Positions 49,990 to 62,628 of a DNA stretch of 64,000 bases are shown here, in pieces. The translations under genes and the position numbers were made by a program. This stretch comes from Malacoraja senta (taxonomy: Eukaryota): contig JAXLNO010000028.1 in assembly GCA_038087875.1 (NCBI GenBank), forward strand, positions 1 to 64,000. Direction: 5' to 3'. The notes beneath the pieces are model-generated. The model searched no databases. It worked only from the letters and a program-made list of their open reading frames with translations, and was not told the DNA's origin. Positions within the stretch are counted from its first letter, which is position 1, and each line of letters opens with the position of its first letter.

Positions 49990-50279
49990 GGCGGCATGGT
50001 GGCGCAGCGGTAGAGTTGCTGCCATACAGCGCCAGAGATCCGGGTTCAATCCCGACTACGGGTGCTATCTGTACGGAGTTTGTACATTCTCCCCGTGACC
50101 GTGTGGGTTTTCCCCGAGATCTTCAGTTTCCTCCCACTCCAAAGACATACAGGTTTGTAGGTTAATAGGCTTGGTATAATGTGTAAATTGTCCATAGTGT
50201 GTGTAGGATAGTGTTAATGTGCGGGGATCGGTGGGCCGAAGGGCCTGTTTCCACGCTGTATCTCTAAACTAAACTAAAC
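49990..50279 (+). mobile_element. tRNA-derived SINE (HE1/V-SINE-like) with a CR1-type tail
   Basis: Box A tggcgcagcgg, box B ggttcaatccc, central ggagtttgtacattctccccgtg, and tail gggccgaagggcctgtttcc-(ctaaa)n. Confidence 0.85.
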
Positions 50280-50879
50280 CTTGAAGTGTAGAGAGAGGCG
50301 ATTTGGGAGTGAGGGGGCGAAGAGCGATTCGAGACTGGTTTGTGAGATGGATTGCACTCAGCATACCCCCCCCCCCCACCGACCCCCAACTTCACAGGCA
50401 TGTTTGCTATGAACTCATTTAGATGTGTTTGGGCTTTATTTTCAAATAAAAACGTAAAACCTTCTAGGTGTCTCAAAAACACTTCGATTAAATTTTGTCT
50501 ATCTTCAATTATATTTGTTTTTTTCTAGTTAGAGTCATAGAATGATACAGTATGGAAACAGGCCCTTCAGTCCAACTTGCCCACACCGGCCAACATGTCA
50601 CAGCCACACTAGTCCCCCCTGCCCGCAATAGGTCCATATCCCTCCAAACCTGTCCTATCTGTGTATTTGTCGCCTGAGTATATATGATGTTCAGTGTGAA
50701 AGCAACACGGTCACAATGGCAAGTGAAATATTATCAGTTATGTTATCTATAATTATTGAGAGTCAGATGAACAAGTTGGAATATAGAATTATTTTTTGTA
50801 ACATCCAACTGAAATATCTGCCCAAGCTTAGGACGTAACACAACACAGCGCAGGAACAGACCCTTTGGACAACAAGGTT

Positions 50880-51584
50880 TGTGGCAACCATGATACCGAA
50901 TAAAACTAACTCATCTGTCTGTATATGATCCCAGATCCCTACATTCCAGCCTGTCTAAATGCCAATTACATATTACTATTGTTTTCATCTTCCACCACCT
51001 CCCCCCTAGCAGCAAGTTAAAAGTATCTACTAATCTTAAACAATTGCCCTGCAAGTCTCCTCAAACTATCTCACACAAAACATTTAACTTTTCCATACAG
51101 GGAAAAATACATGATCTACTGTATGTCTTTCATAATTTTATATACTTCTATCAGGTCTCCTTCTCATCTTCTGGCATGCCAGAGAAAACAATCCATGTTT
51201 GTCCAAACTCTGCTTAGGGCTAATACTTTTAAATTCTGCCAACATCCTAGTAAACCTCTTCTACATCCTCTCCAAAGCCTTCTTATTCTTCCTGTATGAC
51301 CAAAACTGCACACAATACCTCAAATGCTGCCAAAACCCAAACTTTTATACAACTGCAATACGACTTCTTGACTTCTATATTCATTGCCCAAAACAATGAG
51401 GGCAAGCATGCCTTGTGCGTTATCTTTAGGGAACCAATGGACTTGCACACTAAGATTCATCTGTACACCAATGTTCTTAAGGGTCCTGTCATTTACTACA
51501 GTACTTTCCTCTTGCATTTGACCACACAAGGTGCAACACATCACACTTGTCAGGATTAAACTCTATCTGCATACTCCATCTTCA
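50880..51584 (-). mobile_element. Old CR1 fragment interrupted by the DIRS element (resumes near 60311-60540)
   Basis: GMLALI..EYRSQEVVLQLYKSL remnant; a more upstream RT remnant appears after the DIRS end. Confidence 0.6.
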
Positions 51585-51782
51585 TTTTACTTCGGAGTCG
51601 CGTGAGTGACTACGTGAAGAAGGCCGTCAGCCGCATGCGCATCATTACGTCTACGCATGGCGCCGCGACTGGCTGGTAGGTGCGTCGCTCCTCCAGCGGT
51701 AACGTTTAAAGACCTCCAGGTAAGTTTCAAACTTAATCAGCGGTCGTTTTTTCGTTTCCGTGTTCAGTTTGAGAAACGAATC

Positions 51783-52990
51783 AATGGACAAGACTAGGGT
51801 GAGAACCAGGCAAGCCGCGGGGAGAACCGTTACTGAAGACCGCGGGAGTGCGGTTAGCGGGCGGCCGTCGGTTTCACCATCTCGGTCGCTGGCAGCACAG
51901 CCAGCAACTTCAGAAACAGCGCCTATAGAAGGCACCTTGGTTACACCGAGAGTCGGGAAGGCCAAGCGCAAAACCAATAGGCCAGTTGACTCGGACTAGT
52001 CTGGCCGGGAGGATTCGCCTCTCCCAACAGGGAACGTCTTCGGACGTATTTCCCGAATGACGCATCTTATGGATAAGATGCTCCAGCATGAGATATTCCA
52101 TGAAGTCATATCAGCACAGCTTCAGGGACCCGTGGCAGCGCCTGGTGCAGGGCTGCGTTATATCTCCCTGTCTGAAGAAGGGAGTGTAGGCCATCAGGCC
52201 TGGGCTGACTCGCCCTTCAGGGCCATGTCAGAATGCTCCGCGGCACAAGACCTACATGAAACAAAAGTGCCCTCCATGGTGTCCAAGTTCGCAATGCCAT
52301 CACAAGTCAGTGAGCCGTTGAACGCAGAATTAGCGGCCAGTATCAATTACCTGACCTCTCACCAGCTACAGGAGCAGGTGATGCTGGAAACAGTGATGAA
52401 ATATCAGACACCCAGCAACTGCACCTCGCTAAAGGTCCCGACTGTCAATAGCTCACTTTGGAGTTACATGGGAGGAGGCATTAAGACTCAGGAAGTCAAA
52501 CTCCAAAGAATCCTGAGCCTGCTAGCTGCTGGAGTCACTGCCTTCGCCAGGTCAGTAGATACAAGTTCTCTGTCAGATGTTCAACAAGACGCATTGGCTC
52601 TGATGTGCAATGCACATTTTCAGATAAATTGTTTTCGTAAAAACGCCATTCGTCCAGTGCTCAATCCCAAATTTGCGGGATTATGTAAATCAACTAATGT
52701 GCAGCCGCCCAATTATTTATTTGGGGAGGATTTGTCCAAACAAATTAAAGATTTGGACGATGAGTCTAAGGCGGTGGGGCTATTCAGAGCTCCACCAGCA
52801 GACAGACCTTCAGCGTTCCGACGGCAGCACCCATGCCTCTGCTAGCAGCAGACGGTCCACAGGAGCCAGTACCAGTTCAAGGACCGACAGAACCAGCCAA
52901 AGGTTTTTTCCAGGACAAAGCTCAAGCCAAGAGACATCAAACACGCGTAATTGGCGCACGCCAGTAAACACTGCATATCAACCAGCAACC
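51783..52990 (+). pseudogene. DIRS gag-like ORF1 (one premature stop, one frameshift)
   Basis: PSNCTSLKVPTVNSSLW...RKNAIRPVLNPKFAGLC..YLFGEDL; position after the left ITR. Confidence 0.7.
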
Positions 52991-53209
52991 ATGAAGGTAG
53001 GTGGTCTGGTTTCTCTAAATATGCGGTGTGTGGTACAATCACAAGTTGGTGGGAAATTACGTTTAATTTTGGATTAATGGATGTTGGATAACATCACATT
53101 TGTTTTATATTTGGTGAAGGACCACCGGGAATAACTAAATTCAACTGGATGGCAGCCATGGCAGTTTAAAGCATTGGCTAATGGGTTAACTTCAGCACCC
53201 AGGTTACTT

Positions 53210-56200
53210 TTTTTTTTTTTTTTTAATTTGTATTTTATTAGAAGTACATTACATTACAACCACATACATTAGTACTTGTCATTTATATCTTCTTACAATT
53301 AATGTACTCCATTTATTTTTTACACTAGAAAAGGAAAAGATTGAAAGAAAGAAGAAAGTGAAGGAAAAAGTGGAAGTGTAGGAAATGTGACAACAAAAAA
53401 GGACAAAGACCCTATAAGAGCAAAATTAAAAACAAAAGAAAAAGAGTTAAGAAATAGACCCTAGGAAAAAAAGAAAGAGAAAGAGGAAAGAGAAACAAAT
53501 ATTTTTATGAGCATTACGCAAAATGGACATACCAACTCTTCAACTATCATCCCCCCTTACCTGACCTCAATTTTTTTTTTTTTTTAAGTACTTTTGCACC
53601 TTATGTTTGTAATAATTCTATAAATGCAGACCACGTCAGGTGGAAATGATCTGGTTTACCTGCTAGGAGGAGTCTTATCTCTTCTAGGTGTAATGTTTCA
53701 AACATATTTGAAATCCACATATTTATAGTTGGTATTGGAGCCTTCTTCCAAAATTTTAGAATTAGCTTTTTTCCAGTTATTAACTCATAGTCCATTAGTT
53801 TCTTTTGAAACACATTTAATTCTGGACCATCTTCCGTTATACCGAAGATAATCCATTCTGCTTTGGGTATCAGTCTTGTTTTAAATAACTTTGTAAAGAT
53901 TTCAAAAATTTCAATCCAAAATTTTTGAATTTTTGTACAAGAAACGAATGAGTGCGTTATAGTAGCTTCTTGGGATTGACATTTATCACAAATAGATGAT
54001 ACATTTGGGAAAATTTTATGAATTTTAGTTTTCGAATAATATAATCTATGTAAAATTTTAAATTGTATTAAAGTGTGTCTTACATTAATCGAGCATTTAT
54101 GCACGTTTAATAAGTATTCATTCCAACTTTCCTTTGAAATTTTAATAGCTAACTCTTGTTCCCAGTCTCTTCTGATACCCTCCGTAGATGGTATTTGTGC
54201 ATTTAAGATAATATTATACAAATATGATATTAAGTTTGCTGATTCCGCTTTTATCTGCATTGCCTCGTCCAGTACATCTGCTGGGTTATTATGATGATCT
54301 TTTGTATATTTTTTCAAATAGTCGCATATTTGAAAATATTTAAAATATTGATTATTTCCGAGTTTATATTTTATTTGTAATTGTTGAAATGAAAGTAATT
54401 TTCCAGTTTCATACAAGTCACCAAGCGTTTTAATTCCTAATCTATCCCATTGTGTATAAGCTTTATCTATAATAGAAGGATTAAACGAAGGGTTATTGAC
54501 TATAGGTAATAAAAGTGATAAATTTCTTAATTTTAAATTTTGTTTTATTTGTTTCCAAATTCGGATTGTACTATGGATAATTGGGTTCTTATTATAATTT
54601 ATGTTATTCAATTTCATTGGAGAGAGGAGGATCGCTCCAATGTTTCTAGAGGAGCAATCCTCTTTCTCCATTACAATCCAGTCCGCTTGTTGGGCGGAGT
54701 TATCCATCAGTTGAATCATATTTTTAATATTTACTGACCAATAATAATACATAAAATTAGGTAGTGCTAAACCCCCTAATACTTTAGGTTTATTCAGATG
54801 AGTTTTTTGTATTCTATGTGATTTATAGTCCCATATAAAATTAGTGATATCTGAGTCGAGTTTTTTAAAAAACTTCTTTGGTAAGTATATAGGAATTGAT
54901 TGAAATAGGTATAAAATTTGTGGTAAAAAGATCATTTTTATTGCGTTTATTCGGCCTATTAAAGACATCGGGAGCGTTATCCAAAATTTAATTAGTGTGT
55001 TTAATTTATTAAGTAAGGGGTCAAAATTTGCCCTAAACATACCTTGATATGATCTGGTAATTTCGATTCCCAAATATTTAAATTTTTCTGTAGCTATTTT
55101 AAAAGGGAATTTTAAAAGATGTGATGAATCTTTCGGTTTTATTGACATAATTTTACTTTTATTCCAATTTATTCTATATCCAGAAAAAGATCCAAAATCT
55201 TCAATTAAATTTAATATATTTGGTATAGTGATTTGAGGTTTTGTAATGTACAGTAATATATCATCCGCGTATAAAGATATTTTATTATATGAATCTTTAG
55301 TATTATATCCATGGATATCAGGGTGTATTCTAATTTTTTCTGCTAGCGGTTCAATAATGAGAGCAAACAGTTGTGGTGATAATGAGCATCCTTGTCTATT
55401 TCCCCTTGATAGTTGGAATTTCGAGGATAATATGTTATTAGTTAGTATTCTAGCTGTAGGTTTGTTATATAGTAACTTGATCCATAGAATAAAATTCTCC
55501 CCCAGTTGAAATTTTTGTAATACTTTGTCCATATAATTCCATTCTACTTGATCAAATGCTTTTTCAGCATCCAGCGAAATAATTGATAATTCTTGATCTT
55601 CAGATTTGTGTGAATGCATTATGTTGAGTAGACGTCTCATATTGTTAGATGAGTATCTCTTAGGGATAAACCCCGTCTGATCTGGGTTTATTAATTTACT
55701 AATGTATTTACTTAATCTTCTAGCTAATGTTTTCGCTAATATTTTTTGATCTGTGTTTAACAATGCTATAGCTCTATATGAACCAGGTTCTTCTAAGTCT
55801 TTATTCTTCTTAGGTATTAATGTAATCGTTGATTCCGCTAATGTATCAGGTAGTATTCGTTTTTTAAAAGCATATTGGTACATTTTTTGTAATCTTGGTA
55901 TTATTTTATCGTAAAAGCTTTTATAAAATTCATTAGTAAATCCGTCAGGGCCTGGTGTTTTTCCATTCTTTAGTGAGTTTATTGTATCTTCTAATTCCTT
56001 AATTGAGATTTGTGCACCCAGTTCATCTTGTTCCTTCAATTCTAACTTTGGAAGGTTACAGGTATCCAAGAACTTTGTGATATTATTGGAATCACTTGTT
56101 GTTTTAGATGTATACAAATTCTCATAAAATTGTGCAAATCTATTATTAATATCCTTTGGTGTTGTTAATAATTCCCCTTTATCTGATTTGATCTTTGGTA

Positions 56201-57790
56201 TAGTATGTTCCTTTTCTCGTTTTTTTAGCTGGCGAGCCAAAAGTTTATGCGGTTTATCCCCAAATTCAAAGTGCTCTTGTTTTGTAATTTGAAAAAGTCT
56301 TATAAGTTTGGCAGATAATAATTTATTTAATTTAAATTTCAAAATTATTATTTTATTATGTTTATCTATTGATGGATCTTTAGCATTATCTATATCCATT
56401 TGTCTAATAAGTTCTTCTAACTGTCTCTGTTCATTCTTATTCTTTTTATTTTGAAAAGCTTGATATGAAATTATAATACCCCTAATGTATGCTTTAAAAG
56501 ATTCCCATAATACAGTAGGCGATATATCTGGAGTATCATTTGTTTGAAAAAAGACCTCCATTTGTTCTTTTAAATATATACTCGCTTGTGGATCTTTTAG
56601 AATTTGAGAATTAAATCTCCAAAACGAATTATTCTTAGACAATCCTTCCAGTTTTAAAAAGAAAGTTAGTGGGGAATGGTCTGAAATCGAGTTTGTGTGG
56701 TATATTGCATTAGATGTTTGGGGGATTAATTTTGTATCCAGCAGAAAGTAGTCTATACGTGAGTATGTCTTATGTACCATTGAGTAAAACGAGTATTCCC
56801 TGCCAGTTGGATTAACAATTCTCCAAACATCTGCTATATTAGTGTTGTTTATATAGATAGGTATTGAGAAGCTCCCCAGTTTTCGATTTCATATTCCCTC
56901 TCTGTTTTTGACTTGATTTATCTAAGTACGGATCTAAAACACAGTTAAAGTCTCCTCCTATTATAACATTTTGATAGTTTGACTGCAATTATGTTGAAAA
57001 TTTTATTGAAAAAGTGGGGGTTATCAAAGTTAGGGGCATATATATTTACCAAAGTAAGTGGAGTATCATGGATTTCTCCATGAACTATTAGGTATCTCCC
57101 TTCTATATCTGTTATAATATTCTTTGCTTTAAATGGTATACCTTTTCTTATGATGATTGACGTGCCTCTAGATTTTGAAGTAAATGAAGAGTGGTATGTT
57201 TGACCTATCCATTTCGCCCTTAACCTAACTTGATCCTGAGATTTTAGGTGTGTTTCTTGTAGGAAGATAATGTCGGAGTTGTACAATTTCAGCTGAGCTA
57301 ATATCTTACCCCTTTTAATAGGTTCGTTAATACCTCTTATATTCCAACTACAAAATGAGATTCCTCCTAGGTTCTTTTGTGTGGTGTCATGCATTTTGAA
57401 TAATTATAGTACCTTTAAATCTTGTGGTGCGTCCAAATCCCAGGTCTTTAGGTATTGGGGGAGCTTTTGAGTTTTTAAGTTTTGCTGTTATGTCCATTTT
57501 ACGCTTGTCACTAAGCACAAAACACAAACAAGTGATTTTATGTGATAAAAAAAACCCTATAAAAGTGAAGATACAGTGTCTAATATAGTCGGCACTGTAG
57601 CGAGTGTCCCACCTGTAGGTGGGAAAAAACCTTGTTTTGACTTCCATTGCGTTGTTACACAAATAGCTCCGCTCTCTTGGTTAATCATAACATATTATAA
57701 TATTAAAACGGGGCCTCAGATTCAGATATATAATACACTTTTACCCTGTGTATTTCATTGTAACATATATATATATCGGAATTTTAACTA
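53210..57790 (-). mobile_element. 5'-truncated L1 inserted in the DIRS RT
   Basis: Poly-A tail near 53210; TSD cagcacccaggttactt at 53193-53209 and 57791-57807. Confidence 0.93.
53601..57394 (-). pseudogene. L1 ORF2: open 1059-aa RT-containing part, frameshifted within the endonuclease
   Basis: SWNIRG, QETHL, YSRIDY, SDHSP, SLYADDILL and CDKC..H....C motifs. Confidence 0.92.
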
Positions 57791-58439
57791 CAGCACCCAG
57801 GTTACTTAACAAATTATTAAAACCATTACTTGCGCTACTACGAGCGATTTCGGTTTTCTCATCCATCCAGTTCAATCTAAGTGACACCATTCCGAGTCAT
57901 GGGTGATTTAGGATTCACTGTGAACTCTGTTTACACCTCTGTAACTCTGCCTTGTCGCAAAAATAAATAAATAATAATAATAATATAGGAAGTCTGCAAA
58001 TTACCTCATTACAAAGCAGCAGCATCTCATTCGACAAGTGGTCAGTATCATTGGCAGGCCTATGCATTTACCGGCTGAAGCCATTGCCAAATTTAAATGG
58101 TGGAGATAAAATATGTTGCAGATATATATGGTGGAGATAAAATACAGTGCTTTGGGATGGGGCGCTACTGACACCATCCCTAGTTGCGGAGGCAGATGGA
58201 ACATGCATGAACGGTCTTGTCTGCAATTATAGTGATAATTATTTAAAATTACTGACAACACCACAGCGGTGGCATACCTTAATAACATGGGTGGAATCGA
58301 GTCAGTATCCCGTGACAAATTAGAAAATCTCATGTTGGCACTGGTGCGTTCCAAGGAATACTTGGGTTTTCAGCTATCTACCTGCCAGCTAGGTTTAATA
58401 TGATGGCAGACACCAGGCCACGCAAATTTAATGACAACA

Positions 58440-58800
58440 CAGAATGGATGTTGAATCATAGAGCGTTTAATAATATCTCTAGGTATGCAACACCGGATAT
58501 AGGGTTATTGTATCCAGACTTAGTCAAAAAATTACCAAGCTATATTGGTTGGGAACCAGACCCAAGGGCAGTAGCGATTGATGCTTTCTCGCTACATTCC
58601 GAATGAATGATCTCTATGTTTTCACCCATTCTGCTTTGTCTGTTGATACCTGCTTAAAATCAAACTAGACTCTGGCTCGGGCATTCTAATAGGCCTGATA
58701 GGGCCACTAAGCCATGGTATCCACTCATTCTGGGTGTGATCGTGGAACCCTTCATGGCGGTTTCCAAATGCAGGAATCTGCTAAATCCACCCCATCACTG
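58440..58800 (+). pseudogene. DIRS DNA N6-adenine methyltransferase-like domain remnant
   Basis: EWML...PDI...KKLPSYIGWEPDPRAVAIDAFS...PWYP, located between RNase H and YR. Confidence 0.65.
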
Positions 58801-58892
58801 GGGAAGAACATCCTCTACATGATCAGCTAAACTTATTGGTTTGCAGATTCTAAGAAGACCCTTTTGTCGGGATTGGACTAGCTGACCGTACA

Positions 58893-59810
58893 GTGGATGT
58901 ACTAACTACAGCCTGGAGAGATAGCACAATATATCTCCTACATAAAGTAATGGGAAGAGTTCTGCTTGCAAACGTCACGTATGAGACAGCGCACATAACC
59001 AACATTTTGGAATTTCTCTCAAAACTTCATTTTGACGAGAGGTTGAGCTACAGTGCTCTGAATTGTGCCAGAAGTGCGTTGTCATCATATTTGTTGCCAA
59101 GCTCAGGTCACTCTGTTGGGTCCCATCCATTAATATCCAGATTCATGAGGGACATTTTTAACTTAAACCCTCCCAGGCCCAGATATATCAAAATATGTGA
59201 TGTAGGTGTGCTTCTAACACTACTTTGCCAATGGGCTCCAGCTACATCCCTGTCCCTTTTCCGGCTCACTTACAAAGTAGTGATGCTTATGGCACTAGTA
59301 TCAGCTCAACGAGTCCAGTCATTACAGAAGCTGCGTCTGGATAGGATGATCATTTCTGCCAGTGATATAACATTTTTTGTATATGATCCAATTAAACAAA
59401 GCAGACCTGGTGTTTCCGGTCTTAAGCTACAATTTATGGCATACCCCTTGGACCCCCGATTATGTGTGGTCACACACCTCCAGCAGTATATTAAAGCCAC
59501 CAAGGTTCTTAGGGGGTCAGAACTAACATTATTTATTAGTCACAAGAAACCGCATAAAAAGGTTTCAGCTCAGACCATCTCCAGGTGGTTAAAGCATGTC
59601 CTGGCTGATGCTGGCAAAGACACTGATATATTCAAATCTCATTCCACCAGGGCTGCAGCTACGTCTGCAGCAGGGGTCCTGGACGTCCCATTGGACCAAA
59701 TCCTAGCGGCCGCAGGATGGTCCTCAGAACGCACGTTCCAGACGTTTTACAATAAACCTGTAATCAGGTCGAGTGATTTCGCAAACTCTATTTTAAGTTC
59801 TGTTTTGTAA
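58893..59810 (+). CDS. DIRS tyrosine recombinase
   Basis: Open 305-codon frame with SAQR, HSTR, AAGWSS and TFYNKP catalytic R-H-R-W-Y residues. Confidence 0.88.
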   Translation: MDVLTTAWRDSTIYLLHKVMGRVLLANVTYETAHITNILEFLSKLHFDERLSYSALNCARSALSSYLLPSSGHSVGSHPLISRFMRDIFNLNPPRPRYIKICDVGVLLTLLCQWAPATSLSLFRLTYKVVMLMALVSAQRVQSLQKLRLDRMIISASDITFFVYDPIKQSRPGVSGLKLQFMAYPLDPRLCVVTHLQQYIKATKVLRGSELTLFISHKKPHKKVSAQTISRWLKHVLADAGKDTDIFKSHSTRAAATSAAGVLDVPLDQILAAAGWSSERTFQTFYNKPVIRSSDFANSILSSVL

Positions 59811-59984
59811 ACCCCTCTCGAGTGTAAGAGGATTTTCTATTATAATTTTGTCCATTAAATATTTTCAGCATGTTCAAAATTGATGTCATGACTGAATACT
59901 TGGTTTTCCACTCCTCCTTGGTCAATTATGCAGTGTGTGACGCATGGACTCGTTTCCATGGCATGAAGTCACAGAGCTTCAAAA

Positions 59985-60096
59985 TCTTCACGTAGTCACT
60001 CACGTGACTCCGAAGTAAAATAGTAAGATTAAACGAGAACTTACCAGTTTGAAGTTTGATCTTTATTTTATGAGGAGTTACGATGAGGGATTGCGT
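59985..60096 (+). other. DIRS internal complementary region (ICR)
   Basis: 59985-60020 is complementary to 51585-51620 and 60021-60096 is complementary to 60240-60308. Confidence 0.92.
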
Positions 60097-61829
60097 GCCC
60101 TTCGCTCCCACCCTCCTCATAAAATACAGCAGGTAGTTCTAGTTCTCAATTCTTACTATCATCAGTTCAACAACTGTTTATCTGTGACTTCACACCGCTG
60201 CTTTGAAGATTGACGCGCATGCGGCTGACGGCCTTCTTCACGTAATCGCTCATCGTAACTCCTCATAAAGATCAAACTTCAAACTGGTAAGCTCGTTTAA
60301 TCTTACTATTAATCTACATACCACTGTATCCTGTGGTAATCTTCACTCCCCACAACTCAATTTTATACTCCAAACTTACCAATCCACCTATCTGATTTTA
60401 TTGATAAATACCAGACAGCAGTCCCAGCACTGAACACTGCACAACACCACTGGTTAAAGACCTCCAGTCAGAGAAACCTCTCTCCATCACGACTGTTTTC
60501 CATGGCCAAGCCAATTTTGAATTCAGTCTACCAACTTGTATTCATGATTAAGAGGTAAGAGCAAAACCATTTAAGCTAAGTTGACTCAGAGTATCAGGTT
60601 ATGAAATAAAAATGTACACCTGTAATTGGTCATTAAATCATACTCATAATGGTTTTCTCAGTGACATTAAAATACTCTCAATTGATATGGAACTAAGTGC
60701 TCAATATCAATAAGATGTTGGGGCTTTTGAAGAATCCAACTGAGTTGCTATGTGACGCCAGTAGCTGCTCATTCGGACAATATTAAAATTTTAATGGTTT
60801 CAGTCAGAAAGAAATAAAGAAAAAACATAACAAGAGAAAACAATTAGTCTAAATCCTGAAGAGGAAACCAAGTGATAAAGTGAAGTGTTCTTCCATGTAT
60901 TGGCACAAGTTGTGGAAATTGCAATAGACACAGTTGTGGAAGTAGCAATATATATTTGATGTAAATGTAGGTATAATCTGTAAGTCTGCAGATGACATGA
61001 AGGTACTGATTGTGCATGATCAGCCATGATCACAATGAATGGCAGTGCTGGCTCAAGGAGCCAAATTGCCTACTCCTGCACCTATTGTCTATTGTCTAAG
61101 GCTGATGTGTTGTGGAGAGACAAGGCTGTCTACCATACAGCACAATATAGATCAGATGGAAAGTTGAGAAGAGTATTGCAGTTGGAATTTGATCCCAACA
61201 AGCGCAAGATGATGCATTTTGGAATCAAATAGGGGTAGAACACACAGTGAATGGTAGGGCACTAAGGAATGGTGATGAAAGGAGAGACTGAGAGGTCCAA
61301 GTTCATGGGCGGTGAAGTCAGTATATGATGCTTACCTTCTAAATCAGGGCATAGAATATAAAGGTTGCGCAATATTTTGCAACTTTACAAAACATTTAAT
61401 ACAGAGAATACAGGGAATTTAATACAGAGAAATGTGAGGTGTTGCATTTTGGGAAGTCTAACATGGACAGGACCTACACTGTGAATGGTAGGGCTCTGGG
61501 GAGTGTTGTAGAGCAGGGGGATCTAGGAGTGCAGGTGCATGATTCCTTGAAGATGCAGTCGCAGGTAGATAAGCTTTTGGTACATTTGCCCGATACATTT
61601 TGGTACATTTCCGTAAAAAAGATTTAATAGGAATCTGAGGGGTAACTTTTAAACACAAAGGGTGGTGGGTGTATGGAACAAGCTGCCAGAGGAGGTAGTT
61701 GAGGCATGGACTATCCCAACGTTTAATAGGACAGGTTTGGGAAAGAGTGCAGAATATAGTTCTCAGCATTATAGCGCAACAGTTCCAGTGACAAGTCCAA
61801 GTCCACAATGGGGTAAAGGTGAATCTGAC

Positions 61830-62070
61830 TGTACAGAAGCCTGATAATACAGGGCAAGAAGATGTTCCTGAGTGTGGTATTAAGTGGTTTCAAGCTTCTG
61901 TAAGTACTGCCTGACATGAGTGGGCAGAAGAAGGAATAATCTTGGTGGGAAAGGTCTTTGATGATGTTGCCTGTTTTTCTGACGCAGCGTGAAGTGAAGA
62001 TGGAGTCAATGGTGGGGAGTCTGGTCTGTGTGACAGGCTGAGCTACATCCACAACTTTCTGCAATTTCTG
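61830..62070 (-). mobile_element. Rex1/Babar-like 3' fragment
   Basis: QKVVDVAQ...IIKDLSH...YRSL..TTLRNIFLP peptide. Confidence 0.65.
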
Positions 62071-62372
62071 TAGGAAGGAACTGCAGATCCTGGTTTAAAC
62101 CGAAGCTTTTGTGTGTCTTTCTCTACAATTTCTTGCACTTGGGCAGAGCTGTTTCATTACTATAGCGTGGTAAGCAGAACCAAGTATGTGCAGTCTTGTG
62201 TTTCCATACTGTGATTGCACTCAAGAGAATAGAGAGATGCTTCATCCGGATGTTGCTCACTTCGACAACTTTAGTTATGGGTAAAGATTCAATAGGATGG
62301 CTTTGTTTTTCCTGGAGCGAAGCAGACCAAGGAGTTTACTTGAGAGAGGTCTGTCTGTCTGTCTATCTATCT

Positions 62373-62628
62373 TCTATATTACTAAAACTCTCATCTTGTT
62401 TGTTTCTATCTATCTATCTATGCGCGCGTATCCAAGTGATCCTGGACCTACGCTAAAAAATTTCGCATCACCTTACTCACAATTATCCTGTGATGGTTTG
62501 TGTCAAGTTTCGTTCAGATTGATGTTATATTTCACAAGTTATTGATATTTAAAAATTGGGGGAACGGGTTGCGTTGGGGGACCAGACCACTCATGTGACA
62601 GGAACCCAACGGGCCCCACTTCGTCTAG
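62373..62628 (+). mobile_element. Short non-autonomous Helitron-like element
   Basis: 5' TCTATATTACTAAAACTCTCATCTTG; imperfect 3' hairpin ggaaccc-aac-gggcccc followed by CTAG|T. Confidence 0.75.

Larger units (their letters stand above)
51585..60310 (+). mobile_element. DIRS1-like tyrosine-recombinase retrotransposon, complete termini, split by an L1
   Basis: 30-bp perfect ITR at 51611-51640 / 60215-60244; ICR at 59985-60096; gag, RT/RH, MT and YR remnants. Confidence 0.93.

Noticed and set aside
48500..50000. ERV env gene and 3' LTR
   Set aside because: No second copy of 38397-39084 and no recognisable Env motifs.
49990..50062. tRNA gene
   Set aside because: It has A and B boxes but no clean cloverleaf, and continues into a SINE body and tail.
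58893..59810. Phage integrase, contamination or horizontal transfer
   Set aside because: Fully explained as the YR gene of a DIRS element with ITRs and ICR.
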